From positions 1,147 to 65,146 of the forward strand of contig JADFZT010000013.1 in assembly GCA_015232395.1 (NCBI GenBank): a stretch of DNA of 64,000 bases, read 5' to 3'. Each line of letters opens with the position of its first letter. Positions within the stretch are counted from its first letter, which is position 1. This document shows positions 29,262-39,747 of the stretch, one piece after another. The notes beneath the pieces are model-generated. The model was not told the DNA's origin. It did no database searches and saw only the letters and a program-made list of their open reading frames with translations. Made by a program: the position numbers and the translations under genes. The stretch comes from Magnetococcales bacterium (GTDB taxonomy: Bacteria; Pseudomonadota; Magnetococcia; Magnetococcales; JADFZT01).

Positions 29262-30626
29262 ATGGCCTTGCGGCAACCCATCCCCTCGCCATCCAAAAAG
29301 GCCATGAAAGATCTGGCCAACATTCACGATCCGGCCATCCTTCTGGATTCAACCTTCCAAATTTTGGCAGCCAACGAGGCCTACCAGGAAGAGCTCGGTG
29401 GCGAAAAATCTCTTGAAGGGTTGCACTGCTATGAGGTTTCACACGGATTTGATCGGCCCTGTGACGAAGCTGGGGAGTGCTGCCCCCTCAAGGCCAGTAT
29501 GGAATCAGAACATGCCGAGCGCATGCTGCATGTGCATCAGTCCACCAAAGGGTGTGAGTTTGTCGATGTCGAGATCCGTCCCATCCGGGACAGGCGCGGC
29601 AAGGCGCGGTATTATTTGGAAATATTGAGGCCAACACTGGTCGCCAGTGCCGAACCAACCCCGGTTGGATTGGTTGGCAAGGCTCCGGCATTCAACCAGA
29701 TGCTGGAACTGGTGCAACGTGTGGCCAAGGAGCAGACAACCGTCCTGCTGCTGGGGGAGTCCGGCACCGGCAAGGAGTTGATCTCCCGGGCCATTCATGA
29801 AGGAAGTGATCGGAGCAAAAAGCCTTTCGTTCCCGTCGAATGCTCCGGGCTTGCGGACAATCTGTTTGAAAGTGAGCTGTTTGGCCATAAAAAGGGGGCC
29901 TTCACCGGGGCCTATTTTGACAAGCCCGGTCTGATTGAAGCAGCACATGGCGGTACGCTGTTTTTGGATGAGATTGGCGAGGTCTCCGCGCAGATTCAGG
30001 TCAAATTGTTGCGCCTGTTGGAAACCCAAACTTTTCGCAGAGTAGGGAGTACGGAGGCTAAATATGTGGATTTCCGCCTGATTTGCGCCACCAATCGCAA
30101 TTTGGCAGAGATGGTCAAAACGGGTCTTTTCCGCAAAGATCTCTATTATCGAATCAGCATATTCCCCATCCAATTGCCCGCGCTTCGTGATCGCCGGGAG
30201 GATATCGGTCTGCTGGCAAACTCCCTGCTGAGACGCTATCCAGGAAAGAAAAATTATTCTCTTTCCAAGGAGGCTTTGAGCTGCCTGGGTGAATACGCTT
30301 TTCCAGGCAATATTCGTGAGCTGCAAAACCTGCTGGAGAGGGCCAGAATTTTAGCCAGTGGCCATCAGCTGAAGCCGATGCATTTTCCGGGTATCTGTGG
30401 GGAAGCCGCGCCAGTTGCATTCAGTCAGGCACACGATTTCCAAAACCACACGACCGATGAAGAGAGCCTTTTTCAAATCAAAGGAGTTCAAACCTTGGAA
30501 GCTGTGGAGGCTCTCTATATGCGCCATATCTTAGCCACCTTTCCCGGCAAGAGAGAGGCGTTGGCAAAAAAGCTGGGCATCAGTCTGCGTACCTTGGTGC
30601 GCAAAATCAAAACCGCCAAGGCGTAA
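29262..30626 (+). CDS. Sigma-54-dependent transcriptional activator (Cys-rich PAS-like sensor, AAA+ domain, Fis-type HTH)
   Basis: Walker [15 protein letters not shown] loop ([15 protein letters not shown]), Walker [10 protein letters not shown]-finger region, C-terminal HTH ([18 protein letters not shown]). The N-terminus contains [22 protein letters not shown]. Confidence 0.9.
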   Translation: MALRQPIPSPSKKAMKDLANIHDPAILLDSTFQILAANEAYQEELGGEKSLEGLHCYEVSHGFDRPCDEAGECCPLKASMESEHAERMLHVHQSTKGCEFVDVEIRPIRDRRGKARYYLEILRPTLVASAEPTPVGLVGKAPAFNQMLELVQRVAKEQTTVLLLGESGTGKELISRAIHEGSDRSKKPFVPVECSGLADNLFESELFGHKKGAFTGAYFDKPGLIEAAHGGTLFLDEIGEVSAQIQVKLLRLLETQTFRRVGSTEAKYVDFRLICATNRNLAEMVKTGLFRKDLYYRISIFPIQLPALRDRREDIGLLANSLLRRYPGKKNYSLSKEALSCLGEYAFPGNIRELQNLLERARILASGHQLKPMHFPGICGEAAPVAFSQAHDFQNHTTDEESLFQIKGVQTLEAVEALYMRHILATFPGKREALAKKLGISLRTLVRKIKTAKA

Positions 30627-31436
30627 CAGAGACCCGTTGGCAGCTCTCTTTTTCAGCCTTCTTTTTTTTGGTTCGCACCTGTTGTCTGCCTGTCGTCTTC
30701 CACCTGAATGGTTATCAGCCTATTGTTTTCCTCCTGAATAGGGTTAAACCGCCTCTGGGTGGCGCTTGGACTCTGTTCCCCTGTCTTGGACAGATCAACA
30801 TAAGCAAGCCCTGCCACCAAAAACAGTGCCATCGTCATCAAAGGCCAAACGGGCTTCCTTGTTCCTGAAAATGCACACATCTGAACGCTCCATTTCTGTG
30901 GTTGCGGCATCAATACAATTTCCAAAACTGAAACTGACCTACCGCATGAACTGAGCCAAGCCACATTTTTGTGTCGTTCGGTGGGTATGTTTATGTTCCA
31001 CCTATTTGAATTAAAACGATAAAATAATATGCGTTCATTTGGGTGGCGTTCAGCTGATGTGGGGTGGCTGTTGTTGATTAAGACAAAATTGGCGCGCCAT
31101 TTTTGGATGTTTATTCCATCAATTGGCTTGTTTGGGAGGCGTGATGCCATGGACCAGCTTTCGCCGTCCGATCATTTCAGGTGTGGTGTCATGGCTTGTT
31201 CTGGGGGAGGCGGAGAGGGTGAAGCATTTGTCTGTCACACGACTCTTTTCAAAATAAGGTCATTGTTGGCTTGTTTGTTCGTGTAGTGGCGCGACAAAAA
31301 TGACCTTTTTCTGGTCTATTGCAAACTGTTTTTCGGGCAAAATAATGTTTAATTCATGGCTAGAATTATATTTTCAGACGTAATTACAATCAAATAGAAC
31401 GATCCCCACCAAAATGGCCGCTCCTGGCCAAATGCC

Positions 31437-31452
31437 TGGCATAACCCTTGCC
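31437..31452 (+). promoter_or_regulatory. Candidate sigma-54 promoter upstream of the 80-aa ORF
   Basis: TGGCAT-AACCC-TTGCC, 60 nt upstream of the ATG at 31512. Confidence 0.55.
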
Positions 31453-31511
31453 GTATCAGTCCAACAGAACAAGAGCTAACCATTCGTGCCGATGGCGGGA
31501 CGGAGGTGTTT

Positions 31512-31754
31512 ATGAAAAGTGGAACTCAACTCGCAACCCCGAAAAATTATCGGCAACTCCGAGCCTATATCCAGGCTGAAATAGAGGCCTTTCGCATCAA
31601 TTCAGAAAAATGGGTTTTGGCGTTGTTCAGACAAATTCCTGCACAACCAACCCCGGAAGCCATTGAGGCCTTGAATCTTTGGATGGATCACTACCTGCCG
31701 AAGCGGACGCTCCGCGAAATGGCATCCAAATTTTATCCACACAGGGATTCATGA
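31512..31754 (+). CDS. Hypothetical small protein (80 aa)
   Basis: ATG with a GGAGG-like RBS, downstream of a sigma-54-type promoter. No family recognised. Confidence 0.45.
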   Translation: MKSGTQLATPKNYRQLRAYIQAEIEAFRINSEKWVLALFRQIPAQPTPEAIEALNLWMDHYLPKRTLREMASKFYPHRDS

Positions 31755-31876
31755 GTCCGGGTCGAAAACAATCTGTCCACACTGAACAGTAACCTGGACA
31801 GTCAAGTCAACAGTGACAGCTGTCTGATAATGGCAAAAGACAGATAAATTTTATGATAACCAACACGTTGCGTTGT

Positions 31877-31892
31877 TGGCACTACTGTTGCA
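31877..31892 (+). promoter_or_regulatory. Consensus sigma-54 promoter upstream of DUF2892-norCBQ...D
   Basis: TGGCAC-TACTG-TTGCA is an exact match to the TGGCAC-N5-TTGCA consensus. It lies 114 nt upstream of the ATG at 32006. Confidence 0.7.
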
Positions 31893-32005
31893 AAAGGGTT
31901 TGACGAAACAGCAGAAAAACGGGGTCCAAATGGCGTGATGAGCGATGAGCGCTTAAGTGCGCCTGATTGACCCGTTCAACCCATCGAATCAAGGAGGATT
32001 TAACC

Positions 32006-32212
32006 ATGCAGGCAAATGTGGGTGGTGTGGATCGACTGTTACGCGTCGTTGTTGGTGTTGTGTTGATTTTACTGGTCTTTATGGGGCCAAAAACCATTTT
32101 TGGGTGGGCCGGTTTGATTCCATTGCTGACCGGCATTTTCAAGTTTTGTCCATTCTATCCTCTCTTTGGGTTGAACACCTGCCCAGCGGACCAACAGGCG
32201 TTGTCTGCCTGA
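32006..32212 (+). CDS. DUF2892 (YgaP-like) small membrane protein
   Basis: MQANVGGVDRLLRVVVGVVLILLVF...LTGIFKFCPFYPLFG. AAGGAGG RBS. Paralogue of 26808-27032. Confidence 0.75.
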   Translation: MQANVGGVDRLLRVVVGVVLILLVFMGPKTIFGWAGLIPLLTGIFKFCPFYPLFGLNTCPADQQALSA

Positions 32213-32239
32213 TCCATCTGTAAGAGGAGTGACCTGAAG

Positions 32240-32680
32240 ATGAGTGAAAAGTTTACCAAATCCATGGCCCGTAACATCTTTTATGGCGGCAGCCTGTTTT
32301 TCATCCTGCTCTTTTTGGGGCTGACGTTGGACACCGTACGCAAGCTACCCAAGCGTGACCATCGGGAAAATATCACCCCCCAGGTGGTCCTTGGAAAAAA
32401 AGTTTGGGAGGACAACAACTGTATCGGTTGCCACACCCTGCTCGGTGAAGGGGCCTACTTTGCCCCGGAGTTGGGGAATGTTTATGCCCGTCGGGGCGGA
32501 GACGATGGGGGTAAGGCGTATATCAAGGGGTGGATCGCGGCCATGCCCACGGAAGATCCCGGACGGCGGCAGATGCCCAATTTCAATCTGTCTGAGGAAG
32601 AGCTGGATGCGATAGCGGAATTTTTAAAGTGGTCCGGTGAGATCGACACCGCCGGATGGCCGCCGAACATTGAAGGTTAA
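32240..32680 (+). CDS. norC: Nitric oxide reductase subunit C (membrane-anchored cytochrome c)
   Basis: N-terminal TM anchor, haem-c motif CIGCHTLLGEGAYFAPELG, immediately upstream of norB. Confidence 0.9.
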   Translation: MSEKFTKSMARNIFYGGSLFFILLFLGLTLDTVRKLPKRDHRENITPQVVLGKKVWEDNNCIGCHTLLGEGAYFAPELGNVYARRGGDDGGKAYIKGWIAAMPTEDPGRRQMPNFNLSEEELDAIAEFLKWSGEIDTAGWPPNIEG

Positions 32681-32693
32681 GGGAGACATATAG

Positions 32694-34079
<1,386 letters not shown>

Positions 34080-34154
34080 ATGCTCTCCAGGAGGCGGACC
34101 CGAAGTTGAAACCGGTCCGCCTCCGCAATCCATCCTACCCGACAGGAGCCTGCC

Positions 34155-34964
34155 ATGGACATGAAAACCCCAGACCATTTAAACCGGAAAGTGCCGTTCT
34201 ACCAGCCGGTTGGCAACGAAGTGGAACTCTTCGAATATGCCTATCACAACCAACTGCCGTTGCTCATCAAAGGTCCGACTGGTTGTGGCAAAACCCGTTT
34301 TGTCGCGCACATGGCCAGCCGTCTCGCTCGTCCCCTGTTTACCGTTGCCTGCCACGATGATTTGACTGCACCGGATTTGGTGGGGCGTCATCTGATCGGA
34401 GATGGGGCAACCTACTGGAACGATGGTCCCCTGACCCGGGCGGTACGCCAGGGAGGTATCTGCTATCTCGATGAGGTGGTGGAAGCCCGCAAGGATACCA
34501 CCGTCGTGTTACACCCCCTGGCGGATCATCGGCGCAGTCTGCCCGTTGAGCGTACCGGTGAGGAGCTGGAGGCACCGCCGGAATTCATGCTGGTGATCTC
34601 CTATAATCCCGGCTACCAAAATTTACTCAAAGGGTTGAAACCCAGCACCCGACAACGATTCGTCGCTTTGAGTTTTACCTTGCCACCTCCGGATCTCGAA
34701 AAAAAGATTCTCAGCCAGGAAAGCGGTGTGGATAGCGCCTTGGCGGGACGCCTGGTCAATCTGGGCAATGCACTGAGGGGGTTGAAGGATCATGATCTGG
34801 AGGAGGCTGTCAGCACACGGCTGCTGGTCTATGCTGCCACCCTGATCCACGGTGGTTTTTCTCCAGAAGCGGCATGCCGCGCTGCCTTGGCCGAGCCGTT
34901 GAGCGACGACCCTGAAACCGTCGATGCCCTGATGGAGGTGATCCGTGCCACCTTCGGTCGTTGA
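34155..34964 (+). CDS. norQ: NorQ/CbbQ/NirQ-family MoxR AAA+ ATPase
   Basis: Walker A GPTGCGKT, Walker B CYLDEVVEAR, CbbQ-like C-terminus, and position after norB. Confidence 0.9.
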   Translation: MDMKTPDHLNRKVPFYQPVGNEVELFEYAYHNQLPLLIKGPTGCGKTRFVAHMASRLARPLFTVACHDDLTAPDLVGRHLIGDGATYWNDGPLTRAVRQGGICYLDEVVEARKDTTVVLHPLADHRRSLPVERTGEELEAPPEFMLVISYNPGYQNLLKGLKPSTRQRFVALSFTLPPPDLEKKILSQESGVDSALAGRLVNLGNALRGLKDHDLEEAVSTRLLVYAATLIHGGFSPEAACRAALAEPLSDDPETVDALMEVIRATFGR

Positions 34965-35958
34965 TATTCCAGAATCACGATATTCCATCAAATCGATCGC
35001 ACGACCTCTACGGCTCCACCAGCGTTTGCAACGTTGGCGTCTGCTGAGCCGGGGGCTGTTTTTTTTCCTGTTTCTCTGTGCGCCGGTGTTGGACCTGTTT
35101 CGGTTGGATCTGTACGCCGGATCGTTCGTCTTTTTCGGTCGCCACCTCTCCTTGGGCCTGTCTCCATTCCTCAGAGAAGGGGGGATGGATCCGGTGGCGG
35201 CGGGAGTTTCCGTTCTGACCCATGCCATCCTGCCGGTGCTGGCTATCATCGGCTTGGTCGTGGTGGTCTCCTGGCATTTTGGGCGGCTTTATTGCGGTTG
35301 GCTCTGTCCCCATTTTTCAGTGGTGGAAATGTTGAACGGCCTGATGCGACGCACCTTGGGAAAACCCACTTTTTGGGAACGTCGGGATAGCTCTTTTTCT
35401 CCACCAGGCCGTTTGCTCGCCTGGCTCCCGGTAGCCGCTGCCGCGCTGGCCATGGCCTTTATTTGGGCCGTATCCATGCTCACCTATCTTTTGCCGCCGG
35501 AGGTGGTTTTTCAGAATCTGCTTCATGGTCACCCAACCCCCAATCAGTCGCGTTTTTTAGGGGTCGCCACCGGTTTGCTGTTTCTGGATTTTTTATTTTT
35601 TCGCCATCTGTTTTGCCGCTTCGGTTGTGCGGCGGGTCTGTTTCAAAGCCTTGTCTGGATGGGCAATCGCACCGCCCTGACTCCCCTGTTCCAGCGACAG
35701 CGTGCGGTGGTCTGTCAAGAGTGTCCCCAATCCTGCGATACGGTGTGCCCCATGCGCCTGAAACCACGTGGCGGCAAAAATCGAATTGCCACCTGCACCC
35801 AGTGCGGATTGTGCACCCAAGCGTGTGCCCGGGAGCGGCAGGATACACCCGGCAGCCCCCCCCTCGGTTGGCAGCGGGGTGAGAGGGTTTCATCACTTTC
35901 CGGTAGCTATGTTTCACTGCCAGATTCCATCTCTGCCAAGCAGATGGACAGGAGCTGA
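34945..35958 (+). CDS. Membrane-bound polyferredoxin (NapH/FixG/NosR-C-terminal-like 4Fe-4S protein)
   Basis: TM helices with CX3CP-type motifs (YCGWLCPH, CRFGCAAG). Two ferredoxin-type clusters (CQECPQSCDTVCP, CTQCGLCTQAC). Overlaps the norQ stop by 20 nt. Confidence 0.65.
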   Translation: MPPSVVDIPESRYSIKSIARPLRLHQRLQRWRLLSRGLFFFLFLCAPVLDLFRLDLYAGSFVFFGRHLSLGLSPFLREGGMDPVAAGVSVLTHAILPVLAIIGLVVVVSWHFGRLYCGWLCPHFSVVEMLNGLMRRTLGKPTFWERRDSSFSPPGRLLAWLPVAAAALAMAFIWAVSMLTYLLPPEVVFQNLLHGHPTPNQSRFLGVATGLLFLDFLFFRHLFCRFGCAAGLFQSLVWMGNRTALTPLFQRQRAVVCQECPQSCDTVCPMRLKPRGGKNRIATCTQCGLCTQACARERQDTPGSPPLGWQRGERVSSLSGSYVSLPDSISAKQMDRS

Positions 35959-35960
35959 TC

Positions 35961-37802
35961 ATGGAAGAGTGGGTAGGCCTCCAGTGGGACCGTTTGATCA
36001 GCCAACGTTCGACACGGCGTTATCCCCAGGCCCGGGTGAGGCTGGATGAGGTCAAGAGAGCCGTCGGTATTCTTTTTCGGGCGATGGGCGGGGCTGGCGG
36101 TCTGACGGTGGAGGCGGTTGACGAACAGCGTCACCACGCCCGGCGCGATTGGTGGCAGCGCATCGCCGGGAGCCATTTGAAGGCCCCCTGGTTTTGGTGC
36201 GATGACCGGGCGTTGCGTATGCCCGCAGAGCTGGACCTCTTCCCAGAGCGTTTACTCAATCGTGAACTCTACCTGTGGTTGGCCGCTCTGGCCGCTCTGG
36301 GTGAGGAGAGCAGCCAGGGCGATTGGTTTGTTCGCAACCAGGCGCATGTGCAACAGCTTTTGCAAATGTTTCCAGGGTTGCGATCCCGTTATCAACGACT
36401 GCTCAACGCCCATCTGCTGCAGCGACCGGATCCACTGCAACTGGCAGCCCAAGAGCGGGCTATTGAACTGGCTATCCGCACCGCCCTGATCAAACCTGGC
36501 TGTGTGGCGACGCTGCCCATGGGACGCTACCCTCCCTGGCCGGTGCCGTTATGGTCCCATCCCAATCCGCCCATGGGTCCACACGCAGGCGCTTGGAAAA
36601 ACGATGCCGATCTGACCCCAGGTGAACCGTCGGGCCAGAGCCAAAGCGAGACGCACCAAAAAACCAGACAGGCCGTAGGAACCGATGCGCCACAGGAGGA
36701 GGGGGGCTTGATCCTGCACCGCTTTGAATCGATCTTTAGTTGGGCCGATTTTGTCAAAGTGGATCGCTCTACGGACGAAGAGGAGGATTTGGATGCCGCT
36801 CAGAAGAGCGCTGATGATCTGGATAAGCTACATGTGACCCGGGACCAAAAACCGGCTGCCAAACGTTTGCGTTTTGATCTGGATCTCCCCTCGGAGGCCC
36901 AAGATGAGACCCCTCTGGGGGAAGGCCTTCTCGTGCCGGAATGGGACTATCGCAAACGTATCCTACGACCCAATCATTGTCACATTCAGCCCATGGTTGC
37001 AGCCAATGCGCCTGCCTGTGAGCTGCCCGACGCTCTGCAGCGGCCTGCCCATCGGCTGAAAAACCAGTTTGAATCCCTGCGCCTGGGGCGGAGCTGGCTG
37101 CGGCGGCAGCGGGATGGGGCTGAAGTGGATCTGGATGCGTTCCTGGATTTTCAGAGCGAACGCCTGTCGGGGCAAGCCTCGACTGAGGATCGCCTCTATC
37201 GGGATTCTCGGCTCCAGGAGAGAGATCTGGCTTGTCTGCTTTTGGCAGATCTTTCCCTCTCCACCGACACCTGGGTCAACGATGAATTACGGGTGATCGA
37301 CGTGATCCGTGATGGGCTGTTTTTGTTTGCCGAAGCGCTTTCTGCCACCCGGGATTCCTTTGGGCTGTTTGGCTTTTCCTCCAGACGCCGCGAGCACGTC
37401 CGTTTTCATGAGATCAAACCGTTCCACACCCCCTATGGCAGTGATACCCGGGGTCGCATCCAGGCGCTGCGGCCTGGTTTTTACACCCGCATGGGTGCGG
37501 CCATCCGCCATGCTTCGACCATTTTGGAAAAACAACCGGCGCAAAAGCGTCTCTTGCTGCTGTTGACCGACGGCAAGCCCAACGATATCGACCAATATGA
37601 GGGGCGCTATGGTGTTGAGGATACCCGTATGGCGATTTTGGAAGCGAAAAAACAGGGCATACACCCTTTTTGCGTCACCATTGATCGGGATGCGGAGCGT
37701 TATGTCAGCTATCTGTTCGGCCCAGGTGGTTTTGCCCACATTCATCGCGCTTCAGAGCTTCCGCAAAAACTGCCGCAACTATACGCTCGGTTAACGGGAT
37801 AG
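35961..37802 (+). CDS. norD: NorD (von Willebrand factor A domain NOR accessory protein)
   Basis: 613 aa. C-terminal VWA domain with a MIDAS-like LLADLSLST and LLLLTDGKPND. Sits in the nor context with norQ. Confidence 0.85.
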   Translation: MEEWVGLQWDRLISQRSTRRYPQARVRLDEVKRAVGILFRAMGGAGGLTVEAVDEQRHHARRDWWQRIAGSHLKAPWFWCDDRALRMPAELDLFPERLLNRELYLWLAALAALGEESSQGDWFVRNQAHVQQLLQMFPGLRSRYQRLLNAHLLQRPDPLQLAAQERAIELAIRTALIKPGCVATLPMGRYPPWPVPLWSHPNPPMGPHAGAWKNDADLTPGEPSGQSQSETHQKTRQAVGTDAPQEEGGLILHRFESIFSWADFVKVDRSTDEEEDLDAAQKSADDLDKLHVTRDQKPAAKRLRFDLDLPSEAQDETPLGEGLLVPEWDYRKRILRPNHCHIQPMVAANAPACELPDALQRPAHRLKNQFESLRLGRSWLRRQRDGAEVDLDAFLDFQSERLSGQASTEDRLYRDSRLQERDLACLLLADLSLSTDTWVNDELRVIDVIRDGLFLFAEALSATRDSFGLFGFSSRRREHVRFHEIKPFHTPYGSDTRGRIQALRPGFYTRMGAAIRHASTILEKQPAQKRLLLLLTDGKPNDIDQYEGRYGVEDTRMAILEAKKQGIHPFCVTIDRDAERYVSYLFGPGGFAHIHRASELPQKLPQLYARLTG

Positions 37803-37914
37803 GTATCGTCCAACGGCTTGTCCCGGTTTTTGATCAAATCCGTCCAAACTGACTCATGGAATGAGGCAGGTGTCTGCCACAGCTTTTTGGCTTAACAATC
37901 AAGGGATGAAAATA

Positions 37915-38736
37915 ATGAGTGATACGTTTGATATCAATATGGCCCGTACGGTTCATCTGAAGTGGGAATTGGATCTGGAAGCAATGGTCGCGGGAAGAAT
38001 AGAACCAACCACCCTTGAATCCCATGAAAATTGCCATTTGGGCCGCTGGCTCCATTTTGTCGGGGTCAAAAAATATCAGGACATCGAAGCGATTCACCAA
38101 TTGATTGATGTGCATCGTAACTTCCACAAGGTTGCTGACAAAATTGTCTTTGATCTCAAACATTCAAAATGGGGGAGTGTGGAAAAAAACTTGAAGCAGG
38201 TTCAAAGCATCAGCATGGATATTATCTTTATGCTGACTGTGATTGAGTTCAGCTCTTTGGAAAAACAGCGCGGGTTTCATTCTCTACCCAATCCAATACG
38301 AAAACTGATGCGCCAGCTCTTTGAAAAGGAAAATGTATCAAAACAGAACGGCCACCAAGTGCTTGAAGTCAGCCATGCCCGCCTGACCCATGTTCGTTGG
38401 TCCCGGGATCTTCTGGAAGCTTTCCGAAACAGGGGGCGTGATGTTCAATTGAGCCCTGCTGAAACATGTCCTTTGGGCGTCTGGATTCGTACTGTGGGAC
38501 TGCATAAGTTTGGTGAACTGCCGCCTATGCAAAAATTGGATGAGGCGCATAAATCATTTCACCTCAAGGCTGATCAGTCTCTGAACGCTCTGAAAAGAAA
38601 AAATGATCGTCAAGCGGATCAGGCTTATGAAGCCATGCTTCGCTATTCACAGGAAGTGATCTACCTGTTGACGATGATTGAGTATCGGCTGCAAAACAAC
38701 GATGCCATTGCCCCGCCCGTTTCGATTTCAGGGTAA
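37915..38736 (+). CDS. Protein with two tandem CZB (chemoreceptor zinc-binding) domains
   Basis: Two copies of the H..W....(n)..C.LG.W pattern (HLKWELDL...CHLGRWLH and HVRWSRDL...CPLGVWIR), each followed by a helix (VHRNFH / AHKSFH). Start could be 37906 or 37861. Confidence 0.7.
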   Translation: MSDTFDINMARTVHLKWELDLEAMVAGRIEPTTLESHENCHLGRWLHFVGVKKYQDIEAIHQLIDVHRNFHKVADKIVFDLKHSKWGSVEKNLKQVQSISMDIIFMLTVIEFSSLEKQRGFHSLPNPIRKLMRQLFEKENVSKQNGHQVLEVSHARLTHVRWSRDLLEAFRNRGRDVQLSPAETCPLGVWIRTVGLHKFGELPPMQKLDEAHKSFHLKADQSLNALKRKNDRQADQAYEAMLRYSQEVIYLLTMIEYRLQNNDAIAPPVSISG

Positions 38737-38739
38737 CTT

Positions 38740-39747
38740 TCAACAAATTCTGGGCAATGGATCCTCTTCGAGAGGTAGCAGGCGGCGTTCTCCGCCCAGG
38801 GGGGTGACCACGATCACATCGGGTTCGCCCGGTTCCAACTGCCCAATCAAGGCTGCCTGCTTTCCACCGGGCAGTGTTTTCAGGGTGGCGAGGGTGGCTT
38901 CGGCTGTTTCCGGGGCAACCACCGCCACCAGGCGACCTTCGCACGCCAGATAGAGGGGGTCGTAACCGAGAATGTCACACACCGCCCGTACCGGTTCCCG
39001 TATCGGTATTGATTCGCTGACAAGACGCACCGTCCGACCCGTCGCCAGGGCCAACTCATGGGCCACCGTCGCCAGCCCCCCCCGGGTGGGATCCCGCATG
39101 AACCGGACCCCCGGCAGGGTGCGCAGCCTCCGGGTCAGGGGATGAATAGAGGCGGAATCGGAGCGGAGATCCCCCCGCAGGCCAAACGCCTCCCGAGCCA
39201 GCATCACCGCCGTGCCATGGTCGCCCACAGGGCCGCTGACGAGCAGGCGATCACCGGATTGAATACGATCCAGGCCCAGGTTGATTTTTGGGCTACGCAT
39301 GCCAATGCCAGTGGTCGCCAGATAAAGGCCCCCCCCCATGCCATGGGGCACCACCTTGGTATCCCCCGCCACGATAGAGACGCTACACATTTTTGCAGCC
39401 TCGGCCATGGAGGCCACCAGGCGATCCAGCAGGGCATATTCCAACCCCTCTTCGATAAAGGCGTTGAGGGTGAGATAGAGGGGGTCTGCTCCGGCCACAG
39501 CCAAGTCGTTGACCGTGCCGTGTATGGCCAGGGAACCGATATCCCCCCCCGGAAAGAGCAACGGATTGACGGTAAAGCCGTCGGTGGTGATCATCGGTAT
39601 CCCGGAGGTGGGCAGGGGGAGAGCGGCGGCATCCTGATGGACATTCAGCTGGGGGTTGCCCAGGTGTTTGACGAAAATGTCGTCGATCAACTCCCGCATA
39701 AAACGTCCGCCGTTGCCGTGGGCCAGGGTGATGTGTTTATCGATCAT
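38740..39747 (-). CDS. hypE: Hydrogenase maturation protein HypE
   Basis: 335 aa. AIR-synthase-like fold motifs and the diagnostic C-terminal PRIC. Confidence 0.95.
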   Translation of the reverse strand: MIDKHITLAHGNGGRFMRELIDDIFVKHLGNPQLNVHQDAAALPLPTSGIPMITTDGFTVNPLLFPGGDIGSLAIHGTVNDLAVAGADPLYLTLNAFIEEGLEYALLDRLVASMAEAAKMCSVSIVAGDTKVVPHGMGGGLYLATTGIGMRSPKINLGLDRIQSGDRLLVSGPVGDHGTAVMLAREAFGLRGDLRSDSASIHPLTRRLRTLPGVRFMRDPTRGGLATVAHELALATGRTVRLVSESIPIREPVRAVCDILGYDPLYLACEGRLVAVVAPETAEATLATLKTLPGGKQAALIGQLEPGEPDVIVVTPLGGERRLLPLEEDPLPRIC

